A stretch of 60,564 nucleotides of DNA, the filler included, from Blastocystis sp. subtype 4 (Eukaryota): assembly GCF_000743755.1 (NCBI RefSeq). It is 2 parts of 2 records of this genome, joined end to end, with 100 filler letters (N's around TTAATTAATTAA, not from the genome) between each part and the next. Parts side by side here need not be neighbours in the genome. Positions count along the whole stretch, not along the records: positions 30,580 to 60,564 come from NW_014569429.1; 1 more part is not named here. One strand, written 5' to 3'. Made by a program: the position numbers and the translations under genes. Positions 48,145-59,624 of the stretch are shown here, piece by piece. Position 1 is the stretch's first letter; each line of letters begins with the position of its first letter. The notes beneath the pieces were generated by a model, which was not told where the DNA came from, searched no databases, and saw nothing but the letters and a program-made list of their open reading frames with translations.

Positions 48145-50373
48145 TTATCTATGCTCACGATTTATCACTGTTTTGTATCCTTCCTTCGAAATGACAGGAC
48201 CACTTGGAATAGGTTGTTTGTATGCCTCACCCGATGATGGCTGTGTAGGTTGTTTGTATGCTTCACCTGATGGCCGAGAAGGTTGTTTGAATGCCTCGCT
48301 CGATGACTGCGTAGGTTGTTTGAATGCTTCACCTGATGGTTGAATAGGTTGTTTGAATGCCTCATCCGATGATGGTTGAATAGGTTGTTTGAATGCCTCA
48401 CCTGATGGTTGAATAGGAGTAGGTTGTTTGTATGCCCCACTCGATGGTTGAATAGGAGTAAGATATGCTTCACCTGATGGCTGAGAAGGTTGTTTGAATG
48501 CTTCGCTCGATGACTGCATAGGTTGCTTGTATGCCTCACCCGGTAGTTGAGCATTAGGAGTAAGATATGCTTCACCTGTTGGCCGAGTAACAGGAGTGAG
48601 ATGTATCTCATCTGATGGCTGAGCAGGAGTAGTATATCCTTCACCTGATGATGGTTGAACAGGAGACAGCCTTTCGATCTCCCGTACAGTATTGTGAGAT
48701 CCATCAACCCAATTACTAGAAGATATAACTGGTAGCTCCATATTCACTGCCGGTCCTGGCTTTGCTATCGATCTACACCGTTTCGTGAATAAAAGCACAA
48801 TCACAATTGCCACAACCAGAACTACGATAACAACAACTGCTGTAGGAAAGGAATTCGTATTCTGTTGATTTCCACGCATAACCACAGCAAGTTGAATGGT
48901 TTGGATTCGTGTTCCCATGTAATCATTCACATATATATCATATTCTGTTGATGATTGCAATATGATAGGAGTCCCTTCAATCGAACATCCATTCAAAGTT
49001 AGTCCTTCCGGAAGTGGATCCAATATATCACAAGAAAAGGCCCCTGCATTCGAGGGTTTAATAGTCACAATCTCATTGACATACAAGGAATAATGATCAC
49101 TAAACCTCAAAACAGCCTTTTGTAGACTATATGACCAATAACACGAATATAAACGCAATTGATTAATCCATGCAGGAAGCATTTTGTATCGATATGGATA
49201 CAATCGAACAGTATTAGTATTAGGGATATTGGAAGACATGAAATAAATGAAATATAAGGAAGTAGACCAATCTTCCATCAGATTGGTGACATTGTTATAA
49301 TCAAATTCATTTGTAATTCTATTATTAATTGAAACACGAAATTGTGTGAAAAATCCTTGCATAGAGTGTGTATATTGTGTAAAACCCATCACTTGAGCTG
49401 TTGGGATTGAAAATTCCAGATATGTTGAATCTGGATTCAGAGAAGTGTATAATGCATACTTTGATACATCATATTCGGCAACCATACTCATGTTCCTTCC
49501 TCTTTCATCATGAATGTCACCTAAAGGAATTGAATAGCATATGTTAGAATTCTCAACTCCTAAGGAGGATCCATAGATTGCTAACCATGCATCATACATA
49601 AATGTAGCAGATGATGGAAGATGGATCTCGACAGCCAAAATAGACTCTTCAGAGGAGCATTCAAACCCATTACGAATCGTTCCTCGGTAATCATATGAAG
49701 AACTACTTGAAATAGACGACGTTGTTCGAAGAATTGGACCATTCGGCATATTGTCACGATAGATCTCAATTCCATTGAGATAAGCAACAATTCCATACTG
49801 ATACAAGAACTTTACTTCATAAGAAGCCATATTGTTAATTCCCTCGAATGTTTGACGAATATAATGCACAGGAGAGGAAGGAAAGGTTGAGGGACGACTC
49901 CAGCCTTCTTCAGCGAGAGTCCAATCTTTGACAAAATCATTTCTCCATACCCATGGAGCGCCTTTTTCAATAGCATACAACAACGATAGGCGATAAGGAC
50001 CGACTGATGAAGGAGTTTTGAATACACGATTCCCATAAACGTTTACAAGCTCTAGATAGCTCTCAATATTCCAAGTATCATCATCATTCGTCAATCGCAA
50101 GTCGTATTGAAGATTATGTGTACGAGGAATGCAAATGGATCTAGTTTCAATACTATTGCTCGGAATTGTCCATGAAATATAAAGTACTTCGCTTGTACCA
50201 GGAGAATACAAATACCACATTTCGTGGCCGCTTGCTTCTGATGTTTTTCTAGTTACAGTTATTTCAATTTCACTTGCACTACACCCAAAACAAAGCGATA
50301 GAAGGCATAGAAGAAGAGTCAGATAGCCAGATAGTCGAGAACATCGAAATAAAGCATGTATCGGACAAACCAT
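48145..50373 (-). CDS. Type I membrane receptor-like protein, array copy 5
   Basis: Uninterrupted ORF with signal peptide, same core, TM and EA(Y/F)KQP repeats. Confidence 0.85.
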   Translation of the reverse strand: MVCPIHALFRCSRLSGYLTLLLCLLSLCFGCSASEIEITVTRKTSEASGHEMWYLYSPGTSEVLYISWTIPSNSIETRSICIPRTHNLQYDLRLTNDDDTWNIESYLELVNVYGNRVFKTPSSVGPYRLSLLYAIEKGAPWVWRNDFVKDWTLAEEGWSRPSTFPSSPVHYIRQTFEGINNMASYEVKFLYQYGIVAYLNGIEIYRDNMPNGPILRTTSSISSSSSYDYRGTIRNGFECSSEESILAVEIHLPSSATFMYDAWLAIYGSSLGVENSNICYSIPLGDIHDERGRNMSMVAEYDVSKYALYTSLNPDSTYLEFSIPTAQVMGFTQYTHSMQGFFTQFRVSINNRITNEFDYNNVTNLMEDWSTSLYFIYFMSSNIPNTNTVRLYPYRYKMLPAWINQLRLYSCYWSYSLQKAVLRFSDHYSLYVNEIVTIKPSNAGAFSCDILDPLPEGLTLNGCSIEGTPIILQSSTEYDIYVNDYMGTRIQTIQLAVVMRGNQQNTNSFPTAVVVIVVLVVAIVIVLLFTKRCRSIAKPGPAVNMELPVISSSNWVDGSHNTVREIERLSPVQPSSGEGYTTPAQPSDEIHLTPVTRPTGEAYLTPNAQLPGEAYKQPMQSSSEAFKQPSQPSGEAYLTPIQPSSGAYKQPTPIQPSGEAFKQPIQPSSDEAFKQPIQPSGEAFKQPTQSSSEAFKQPSRPSGEAYKQPTQPSSGEAYKQPIPSGPVISKEGYKTVINREHR
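48210..48665 (-). repeat. Coding tandem repeat, 11-14 aa units QPS(S)GEA(Y/F)(KQ/LT)P, ~13 copies
   Basis: Repeated GGTTGTTTG(A/T)ATGC(C/T)TC units. Confidence 0.9.
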
Positions 50374-50493
50374 CAACTCAGACCTCGTAGTATAATACTC
50401 AAGTATAATGAATTACGACACCTTAATGATTGTGGCCCAAAAACCGCAGTATCCTTTCCTATGTGAAAACCAAACAAATCGAAAGCACACAAA

Positions 50494-53400
50494 TTACACA
50501 CGATTCCGTAGCAAATTTGAAGCATGTTGAAGATTCCGATAACACGCTCCTAATTCCCGCTCCTTTTCATTCAGACATACGTTGAATTCCTTGCACAATG
50601 TTTCCATCTTCCGAATCCGTTTCTTCATAATATTTTCCTCTTTGGAAAGCGAGTCAATCTCTTGTTCTAAGCATTCAGCATTCTTTTGGTAAGTATTGAC
50701 TTCACTCTCATATTCATTCACAATCCGCTGGAGTTCTCGAATTCCATGCATTGATCGTTCTCTATCACACCACAAGGAGATAGAATACATTCCTTCGTGG
50801 ACCACAATACTCATTTCACAGTATTCTGAAGGATAGATTGACACAAGCGAATCCTGTGTCAACTCAATTGTATCCAGTTCGCGTGGAGCTTGGCCCAATT
50901 CTGTCCGTTCTGTATTGAGAATGTTGGTAAGACGATTCACCTGCTCTTGAAGAGAATCCCTCTGACTAACCAAGTCAGCGACTTCTTGTTCCTTCTGTGC
51001 AAGCTGTTTCTTCTTCTCTGCAACCACCTTCTCCTTCTCGACCAGTCCTCCATCTTTCTCAGCAATCGATTGTCGTAGTTCGGAGATACTTGCTTCCTGG
51101 CTCTGGAACACCTCCGTCAGTTGACGAATCGTCTTTTGTTTCGTCTCTAACGCCTCTAAAAGTGTAGCATAATCAGCCTGTAGTTCAATCAGTTGATTCT
51201 GTGCAGCCACTGCACGAGCTACTGCTTGTTGGGCATTAACTTCAGCTTCTTCCCTTGCTTTCAACAATTGCTCTTGAGTTAACAGTGTAGTAGTTGCACT
51301 GGATACAGAGAGAGAATCGATGGAGAGACGCTGTAGTTGAGATGGTGCTGATTCCGAAGACAAACGAGGTCGTTGAATCGTCGAAGGAATGAGATCTGAG
51401 AGATGGAGAGACAATATGGACAGATCTGGTTGATAGAGAATCGATGACTCTTCCGGGAGATAGCAAGACAGAAGTTCGGAGTGTTCATTTGTGGGAGTTT
51501 CGTTGAGTTGCTTCTGAGTTCCAACAAGGTCCGTTATCAGGGAATTTCGGTCTTGAAGTTGTTTCTGAGTATTTTGAAGGTCAAGAGTAACAGATACCAA
51601 CTGTTCTTGTGTGTCAGCAAGTTCCTTCTTCACAGTTTGAAGTTCTGTGACTTGTTCTTGAGTAGATACTAATTCCTGTTTCATAGTCTCGAACTGGTCT
51701 CTCATCGATTCCATATCTGTTAACTGTTCCCTCAATACTTCTGTTTCCTTCACCTGCTGCTTCAATAACTCCATTTCTTTCACTTGATCTTTCAATGAAT
51801 CCACTTCACTCACCTGTTCCTTCATCATCTCCGCTTCCTTCTTCAATTGTTCACATTCTTCTTCTTTCTCCTGGATCTCCTTCTCCATAGCAGTCACTCG
51901 TTCAATCCATTCTTGATTTTGGATTTGTAGAGTATGACTTGTGATTTGCTCCGTTTTCAATTCCGCTTGTGATTTCGACAGATCCACTTCAACCTCCTTC
52001 TTAGCTTGCTGACAAGCCTTTAATTCTTCCACAAGTGTATGATGGGATTCTTCAGCTGTAGAAACAGTCTCCTTAAGTGTTTGATTAGCCTGCTCCAATT
52101 CCTTTTTCTCCTTGTCCAATGCCTCCAGTTGTTGTCTCATTCCATTCATTGTTGCTTCTGCCTTGGCTGCTGCTTCCTGATCCTTCAGCAGAGCATCATG
52201 AGCAACACTCAATGACTTCAATGCTTCACAAACCTGTTGTAATTGTCCTTCCTGAGTCTCCAATAATTCATTCAGTGTTGTAATCTCCTTCTTCAAGGAT
52301 TCAACCTGTTTATTTGCCTCCTCATAGCGATCCTGCCACTCCTGAACTACTTGTTCCAACTGTCGTATGTGCTCTTCCCATTCCTGACTTTGTTTTTCTG
52401 TTTCCTGGTATGTTTGGTCCAGTTTCTCCTTTGTCGCAATCAACTCAGCTTCTACCAATTCCTTCTCGTGTTGGAGTCGTTTGTTTGCTTCCATTTCTGT
52501 CTGCAGTTCCTCCTTCAATGAATCTGTTGTACTCTGAAGTTCTTCCTTCACAGCCATCAATTCCTTTAATGAAGACTCTGTACTCTGTTGTGTTGTTTCC
52601 AATAGCTTTCGGTTCTCTTCCAGCTGACCAGTCAATTGTTGTACCAGGGTTTCCTTCTCCTCCAGCATTGTAGTCAGACCCAACACACTGTCAATAGGAG
52701 GAACTTCAATCTCTTCCTCATCTTCACTCAATTTCATGTCTTGTGTCAATAGAGCAGCCTCAAATTGTTCGCACTGACTCTTCAGTTCTGAGATCCTCTC
52801 ATTAGCATCCTGTTTCTCCTGTTTCAGTGTATCACTTAATGAAATCATTTCATTCGCTCTTGCTTCCAATTCAGAGATTCGCTGTTTGAATACAGTTTCG
52901 GATTCTCCTTGTTTGTCAAGGGCTTCTCGTAGCTGGGATCGAAGTGAAGTAATCTCTTTATTTGCTGTTTTCAACTGTTCTTCTGTGTCTTGAATTACTT
53001 GTCGTAGGCTTTCTGCATTCTCTTGTTGCGCTGTAATCACTCGTGAATACTTATCAACCGAAAGAACTAAGGATTCTTTCTCTTCTTTCAACTGCGAACA
53101 AGTACTTTCAGAAGCATCCAGATCTCTCTTCATCGCTGTGAGAGCTTGTTCAACAGACGTACTTATCTTCACTTGTTCAGTCTCCTTCTCCTTTAGTGCA
53201 GTTTTCAATTGTTCCAACTCCTTTTCCATCTGCTCAACAGTGTGTTCCTTCTCTTCAGCTACAACAGCAGACATCTTCAGTAACTCATTATCTCTTCGTA
53301 GATCCATTAGATCATTCTCCAAATTGTTCTTCTCTTCATTCAGCTTCTTTTCACTTTCTTGACTTTGTAACTCCAGCGAAGAATACTTTGATTCCCATTC

Positions 53401-56068
53401 CTGTTTCTGTTGATCCCATTCCTTCTCCTTCTCTTCATATATCCGCTTCAAAATATCCAATTGATCATTCTCTTCATTCTCCCTGATTTCTTTCATTTGT
53501 TTCAACAGTGTATCCCGTTCAGAATTCCATAAATTTTCCTTATCTGCTAACAATAATTGAAGTGACTTCAATTGTTCCTCCTGTTGTCTCAATTCTTCTT
53601 TCATTCGTTTCTCTTCTCCACTACTTACTTCCAGTACTTTTGAATGTTCTTCCTTAAAGGCACTGTATTCTCTTTGCAGATTTGCTAATTCCTCCTTCAG
53701 AGATGTGACTCGTTGTTCTGAAGAGAGAATCTGGTTATCAAATTCATTCTTCTGTTGACTTTCCATGGTTGCATTCAATTTCTTCTCATTCTCTAATTCA
53801 TTTTGTATCCTAGTTATTTCTTCCTTCACAATCTTCAGTTCACTGTCAACTCGCTCCTTTTCTTCTTTCATTCTCTTCAGTTCACCATCAATTCGCTCCT
53901 TCTCTTCTTTCACCTGACTCAATTCACTCTCCATTTGGCACTTTTCCTCTCTCATCCTATTCCTCTCTTTCTCCGAAGATTCATATGAACTATTGGCACT
54001 TTCCAGTTCTTTCCTCATTCTCTCCTTCTCTTCTTCCTGTTTTGATAACTCACTCTCCATAGCCTCTTTCTCCTTCTTCACAAGTTCCAGTTCCTTTGTA
54101 ATAGCCTCCTTCTCCTCAACACTCTTTCTCATATCACTTTCCATCTCACTTAACTGAGTTTCCATACAATCTTTCACCTTCTTAACACTATTCAATTCAT
54201 TTTGTAAGGCCTTTAATGTCTCCTCATTCTCTTCTTTCAATGTGTTTATCTGACTCTCAAGATCAATACTCTCCCTCTTCACATTCATTAACTCCTGTTC
54301 TTTCTCTTCTTTCAAACGCTCCAATTCATTTGTCAGAGTTAAATTTGATTCCTTTTCAGACTCTAATGATTGTCGTATTTCCTCTTTCTCTCTCCTTACA
54401 GTTTCCAACTCCTTCTCCATCCTCTCCATCTTATGTTCTGCCTCTTCTTGTTGTTGTGTCATGATTTGTATTTGTTGCTGGAGGAAGAGATCCTTCTCAT
54501 TCATTTGAGAACCAACCGAAGCCAACTGCTCCTCCTGTGCTGATAACAACATCGCCTTATCAGCCAAATCCGAATGCGCTCTTTCAAGTTGATCAGTCAA
54601 CTGCTTCAACTGCTCCTGAAGAGAAGAAATCACTAAATTATGAATACTACTCAATTCTACCTTGTAGTTTCTCACTGAGAACTTGCTTCAACCCCGTCAG
54701 TTCTTCACACTTCAATCTATGCATTTCTTCTAGAGACACCTTATCTTCAATTACCTAGGACTTAGAAGGGCTCGGATCTGTCACTTTTTGCATTTCCTCT
54801 CGATAGTAGTTCTTTGGATCTTTCATTCCATCCTCCAAACGATGAATTTCCTGTTCCAGTTCACTAATTTGTTCCTGTAATTTGGTCTTCTCATCAACAG
54901 ATAGAATAACCTCCTCATTTAAGCGGAGAATTTGAGCAATCTGCCCTTCATTGGTCCGTTTCTCCGCTTCCAAAGATGATTGAAGTTCCTTCAGTCGGTT
55001 TTGAAGCAATTCATAATTAGCATTCGCTGCCATTGTATCTTTAATATAGTTCTGAATTTGTACTGCTTGATTACTCACCTTTTCACTCAAATCCATAATG
55101 CGCTTCGACATACTCTCCTTTACTTCTTCCCACACCTTTCTCTCCTCCTCGAAGGTATCATTCATAAAAAGACTCGCTACACTTCGTTAGTCTCAGCCAT
55201 ACACACAAAACACAATTCTGACATCATTACAACATACAGTTTACAGATAGGTTATCTTGATCATCTGAGTTATAGAGAACCTGAGAAACAGAATCAGAGT
55301 CTTCTGAAGGTATCAAAAATGAGATTCCCCTTCTAAGCATCTCCTAGTCGGATGAACCGTGAAGCAGAAAAAACTGATAACGAAACAATGTTCTCAAAAC
55401 AAACACCGATATTTTGAAATGTTCGGTGGAAGACTTGGCAGGTAACTCTTCTTCGCAGGAACGCAAGAAAAAGGATTCTTCTCAGTGATACATAAGGATG
55501 GGCAGGAAGATGGAATAATCATAAAATCCATCTTTTCTGTATTCAATTGATCATTCATTGTCGTTTCGACAACTTTTGCACAGGCAATCGACCTTCGACT
55601 AAACCAAGTTGATTCATCATCTAGATAAAGATCTGGGGAGATTGTGAATCTCTTTCGAGATACTCGGCCTAATGATTACACTCTCAGTTAACATACAAGA
55701 ACTATCCTTAGCTAGCAAAAGAAGTAAGTACACCATTTTCATATCTACAATAATACAAGTCAAGAAAACCCACTTTGACAAGAACGATCATTATTCTCAA
55801 CTAACAAACGAAATAGCCGTTCCCCTAACATCATCTGACTGTCGCTAATAATATCTAATTCCCGAAACACGTCACGCAGACGAAACAAGAGATCTGAAGC
55901 TGACAAACTCTCAGATGGCAGTATCTATAAATCACTAAAAGATAGTTGAATAATTACATCTTTCCGAAAGGCAATAATATGCTCCATAGAACAAATAGGA
56001 AGAGAAGTATATTTACAGTGATATTTCAATTCCAGTTGTTTCAGCAATGATATGATATCCATTTTCAT
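50494..56068 (-). CDS. Very large coiled-coil protein with multi-exon globular N-terminus
   Basis: 1393-aa E/K/Q/L-rich heptad ORF, upstream 136-aa coiled ORF, and short 5' exons linked by ~30-nt introns. Confidence 0.75.
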
Positions 56069-56180
56069 TCAACAACGCAAATTATCCCTCTTCTGCTTCT
56101 GAAAGAATGAAAAGATACTGACTTGCAAATATGATACAATCGATAATAGACTCTTTCAATTCTTGATGCTATTGGAGAAG

Positions 56181-56947
56181 CCCAATTCTTGCGCCCAAAT
56201 CCGAACCCAACCGAACGATGTCAATTCCAAGAGTTTGTTCATGAACAACGATATTGAGGAGATCGAAGCGTTTTTAAAGCCTACAAAAACCAAAAGGAGA
56301 TTGATCGTTGTTATTCAATCAATCAGTGTGGCTCTCACTCTTCTTCTGGGTTTCTATTTATTCAAGCAGATCGATTATCTTGATGTAGTGTCTTGAGAAT
56401 AATAACAATATCTAGTCCATTAATCAAAACAAATATAGTTGGTTTATTCGTAATGATTGATATTATTGTTTATTGTAGATGCAGCTAGAGGGGTTGTTGC
56501 TCTTCGCTTATTGGCTCTCGTAGGAACAGCCTATGGAGGGTCTTCGAATAACATGATTCTCTGGACTACATCATCTTCCTTCATCTTTATCTCCTACTTT
56601 ATATCTGGAGTAATGCATGTGTATGTGATCGTAGTTGCAACAGATCTTACCACCCGTGTTGTCTCTGTACTTCTCATGGTAGGAGAAGTGATTTTAAATG
56701 GCGTTTCCTTTATCACTGCAATGATCATTGCTTATCAGACTTTGGGTATTTTTTATCGTTCGATATTAGTGTAGTAACGACTCAACGGAAAACATCGTTA
56801 GATATGGAAGATCCAATGCAAGTCTTTATTGCGACTATCTTAAAAAGGTAGAGATGTAGAATGGCCCTGATCTATAGCATATTGAGTATTCTTCCGGGAG
56901 TGGGTTATTTTAGTGAAAAGCTGATACGATTAACGAAAATGGAATAA
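56181..56947 (+). CDS. Hypothetical multi-pass membrane protein
   Basis: Hydrophobic exons joined by ~30-nt introns. TAA at 56945-56947 is followed by TGTTTGTG. Confidence 0.6.
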
Positions 56948-57073
56948 CTATGTGTTTGTGCATTTCGAATCTCAAACCTATGTACTTCCCAATTCACTTT
57001 AGTGCAGAACATTGTTAGATTGAATCACATACATTTCTCTGTTTATCGATCAATCGAATTACTCAAAGTCATC

Positions 57074-57353
57074 ATGTCTTACAGAGGTGGAAAAGTGAAT
57101 GAAGATAACGTTAATGCCGCTCTGATGCAAGCAAAGGTTCTAAGTGACTTTGTGACAAGGTACTTCGAAATATTGTCAGCTGAACTGTAGACTTGCTGAT
57201 ACATGCCAGAAGAAGTGTATTACCAACAGCAAGATGAATTCTCTTGAAGTTGGTGAGCAAACGTGCATCGATCGATGCACATTCAAGTATTGGGAAGCTC
57301 ATCACCTTGTCTCTGATATTCTGAATGGTGCCCAGAAGAATGAGTCTGCCTAA
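57074..57353 (+). CDS. TIM10: Small TIM chaperone (Tim10-like)
   Basis: After a 31-nt intron: CQKKC...LEVGEQTCIDRCTFKYWE, a twin CX3C motif. Confidence 0.88.
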
Positions 57354-57592
57354 TCTCTGAAATGTGGTTCTATTCATCTTTTTATGTGTTCTTCTTGTTT
57401 CTACACCTGTTTTTATTGCTTGTTTTCCTTTGTTTCGATCTACACAGATTGCTGATAAATCGATATATGTTTGTCAACCATTGAATAGCAAGGAACCAAC
57501 CACAATAGAAGGTGTCATAGTATTATCATCTTTTTCTCATCAATTACCTCAATTCCTGTTTTCATTTCTATTCTAGGATCAATCCTTTTCAT

Positions 57593-58885
57593 ATGCAAGA
57601 TTTATCGAGTGAGGAGAAAGGGAAAGAACATGACGATAGAAGGATAGAATATAAGTTGGAACGTATTTTGAGATGCATATTGGACTCAGAAGAACTTGTT
57701 TGCAATATTTGTTCTTTGGATCAGAGTGCGAAATTATCAAGCGTTGGAGAAGTAGTAGAAGAGAAGAGCATAGCAAGGTCTGTTGAAGATGAACAAATAA
57801 GTTGCGATAGTGTGAATACGTTGGATGATCTTTGTGTTGCATCCCAACGATTGGAAAGGCGGGGGATAAGATATAAAGACTTTAAACCGTTTGAAGATAC
57901 TTCTATGAGGGAGTCGGAGAGGAGGCTTCAATTATCCAAACGTACATCTGTCTGTTATTATGCTGCAGACAGAAAATGGGGTGTACGTGGTCCACGATTA
58001 TCAGCTCCTACAACCGGTTTGTCTACAACAGTAAAGGGTTCGGACCCCCTTGAGCGAACTGCGACCAGGGGTCAAGTGGGATCTCCTTTTGTATCAAGAT
58101 TGCCTCGATATATGCAGCCAACGGAATCATTCCTCTATCGAATCAGACCTGAACTTGCTCCTTCTCCTCCACGTCGCATTCCGGCAAAGTGGATCAAAGA
58201 GGTGGATCCACATTCTCTACCGAATTACATGAAGTTAACAGAAGCGGCAAAGGGACACTATAAAGAGTCCATAAAACCTGTTTTAAATGCAACAAACAGT
58301 GTTCCCTATATCTCACGTACTGCATCGTACACTTCTTCTGCGTTACGAACTTTTGATCCTTCTAGCTATGATCAAATTCATGCAGTGAAACAAGAAGATG
58401 TGGTCCTTCTAAAAGAGATTCGCCGTATGTTGACAGAGATTCTTGGGGTAGACCAGCAACGAAGAGAGAGTTTTCTCCAGTCTGAATGTGTGTCCATTAA
58501 GAAGTATACTGGAATTCTTCCTCCTGCAGAACAGGTAAAGAGCAAGTCCGAGGATTTGATTCCAGTAACCAACAATGTTGCTCCAGTATCAACATGTACC
58601 GACACCCCTATTTCACGTACTGTCTCATTTGAATCCCGCACTGTTCCAGCGACAATCCATCCTATTCACACTTCAAGAATACCTGTAACAAGCACCAAAA
58701 AGTCATGTTCAATGACATCAAATACTCTCCAGACTAAAAAACAGACAGTTGCTTCCACCAAGCATATACCTAGGTCACTTCCAAGGTATATGCAACCCAC
58801 GGAAGCATCAAGACGGAGAGAAGAAGAGAATAGAAAAGATCGAAGGGCCAAAGGTCTAAGGACAAGAAAGGACGTGTTAGGATAA
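57593..58885 (+). CDS. Hypothetical basic/disordered protein with LPxYMxxTE repeats and SxIP motif
   Basis: 430-aa intronless ORF with LPRYMQPTES, LPNYMKLTEA, LPRYMQPTEA and TSRIPV. Confidence 0.7.
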   Translation: MQDLSSEEKGKEHDDRRIEYKLERILRCILDSEELVCNICSLDQSAKLSSVGEVVEEKSIARSVEDEQISCDSVNTLDDLCVASQRLERRGIRYKDFKPFEDTSMRESERRLQLSKRTSVCYYAADRKWGVRGPRLSAPTTGLSTTVKGSDPLERTATRGQVGSPFVSRLPRYMQPTESFLYRIRPELAPSPPRRIPAKWIKEVDPHSLPNYMKLTEAAKGHYKESIKPVLNATNSVPYISRTASYTSSALRTFDPSSYDQIHAVKQEDVVLLKEIRRMLTEILGVDQQRRESFLQSECVSIKKYTGILPPAEQVKSKSEDLIPVTNNVAPVSTCTDTPISRTVSFESRTVPATIHPIHTSRIPVTSTKKSCSMTSNTLQTKKQTVASTKHIPRSLPRYMQPTEASRRREEENRKDRRAKGLRTRKDVLG

Positions 58886-58933
58886 GGCTCTGTTTGTCAC
58901 AAACACTGAAAATGGTCTCTTTCATTAGACTGA

Positions 58934-59369
58934 CTAATACTGCTGAGCATCCTTATTCTTCTTCTCACCAATCTCCAATGTCTTGCAACGCTTCAGAGGT
59001 CTCTGAGCCTTGGCCTTACACTCCTTGCACTCCAGACGGAGCACCAGCTTCTTAGTCTGCTTCGCCTACACATAACACACTGAATCAACAAAGTACCTTC
59101 TTGTGGAAAATAGGCTTGGTCTGACCACCGAAACCCTTCTGCTTAGAATCGTATCTTCTCTTTCCTACAAATATCAATGTACTCTGAAGCAAAACCTACC
59201 TTGAGGAGTCAAAGAAGCTTTTCCAGCCTTGTACTGAGTTACCTTATGCTCAGTGTGCTTATTACACTTCTTGCAGTAGGTATTTTCGGTCTTGGGAACG
59301 TGAACCTACAATTCGTTACAGTTCTTAATAGCACTTGATCAATCCCATTCTAATCCAAATACCTACCAT
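58934..59369 (-). CDS. RPL44: 60S ribosomal protein eL42 (L44/L36a)
   Basis: [30 protein letters not shown]...[26 protein letters not shown]; 3 introns. Confidence 0.96.
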
Positions 59370-59624
59370 TTTCACAGCTAATCTCTAATGAAAGATGAAT
59401 AACTTGGCTGTTTCCAACCAAAAGGGAATAGTGATCATCTCTTAATTGATTATCAAATACAATTCAACAACAAACCACTATTCGCGTCAGTTTCATAACA
59501 GATATAGAAATGGGGTAGCAATTCAAAAACCTAGACTTGACTGTATTACAATTGATACCCCTTGATCTCACTGTTCACGTTCCTTAGAGTTTATCAGGAT
59601 AGTCTTGAGACTTATTTAATTGCA

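Noticed and set aside
48165..48707. Alternate-frame His/Asn-rich 180-aa ORF
   Set aside because: Off-frame reading of the copy 5 tail repeat, with no independent evidence.
59096..59135. Cycloheximide-resistance substitution in eL42
   Set aside because: GGQTKPIF retains the Pro of the sensitive form.
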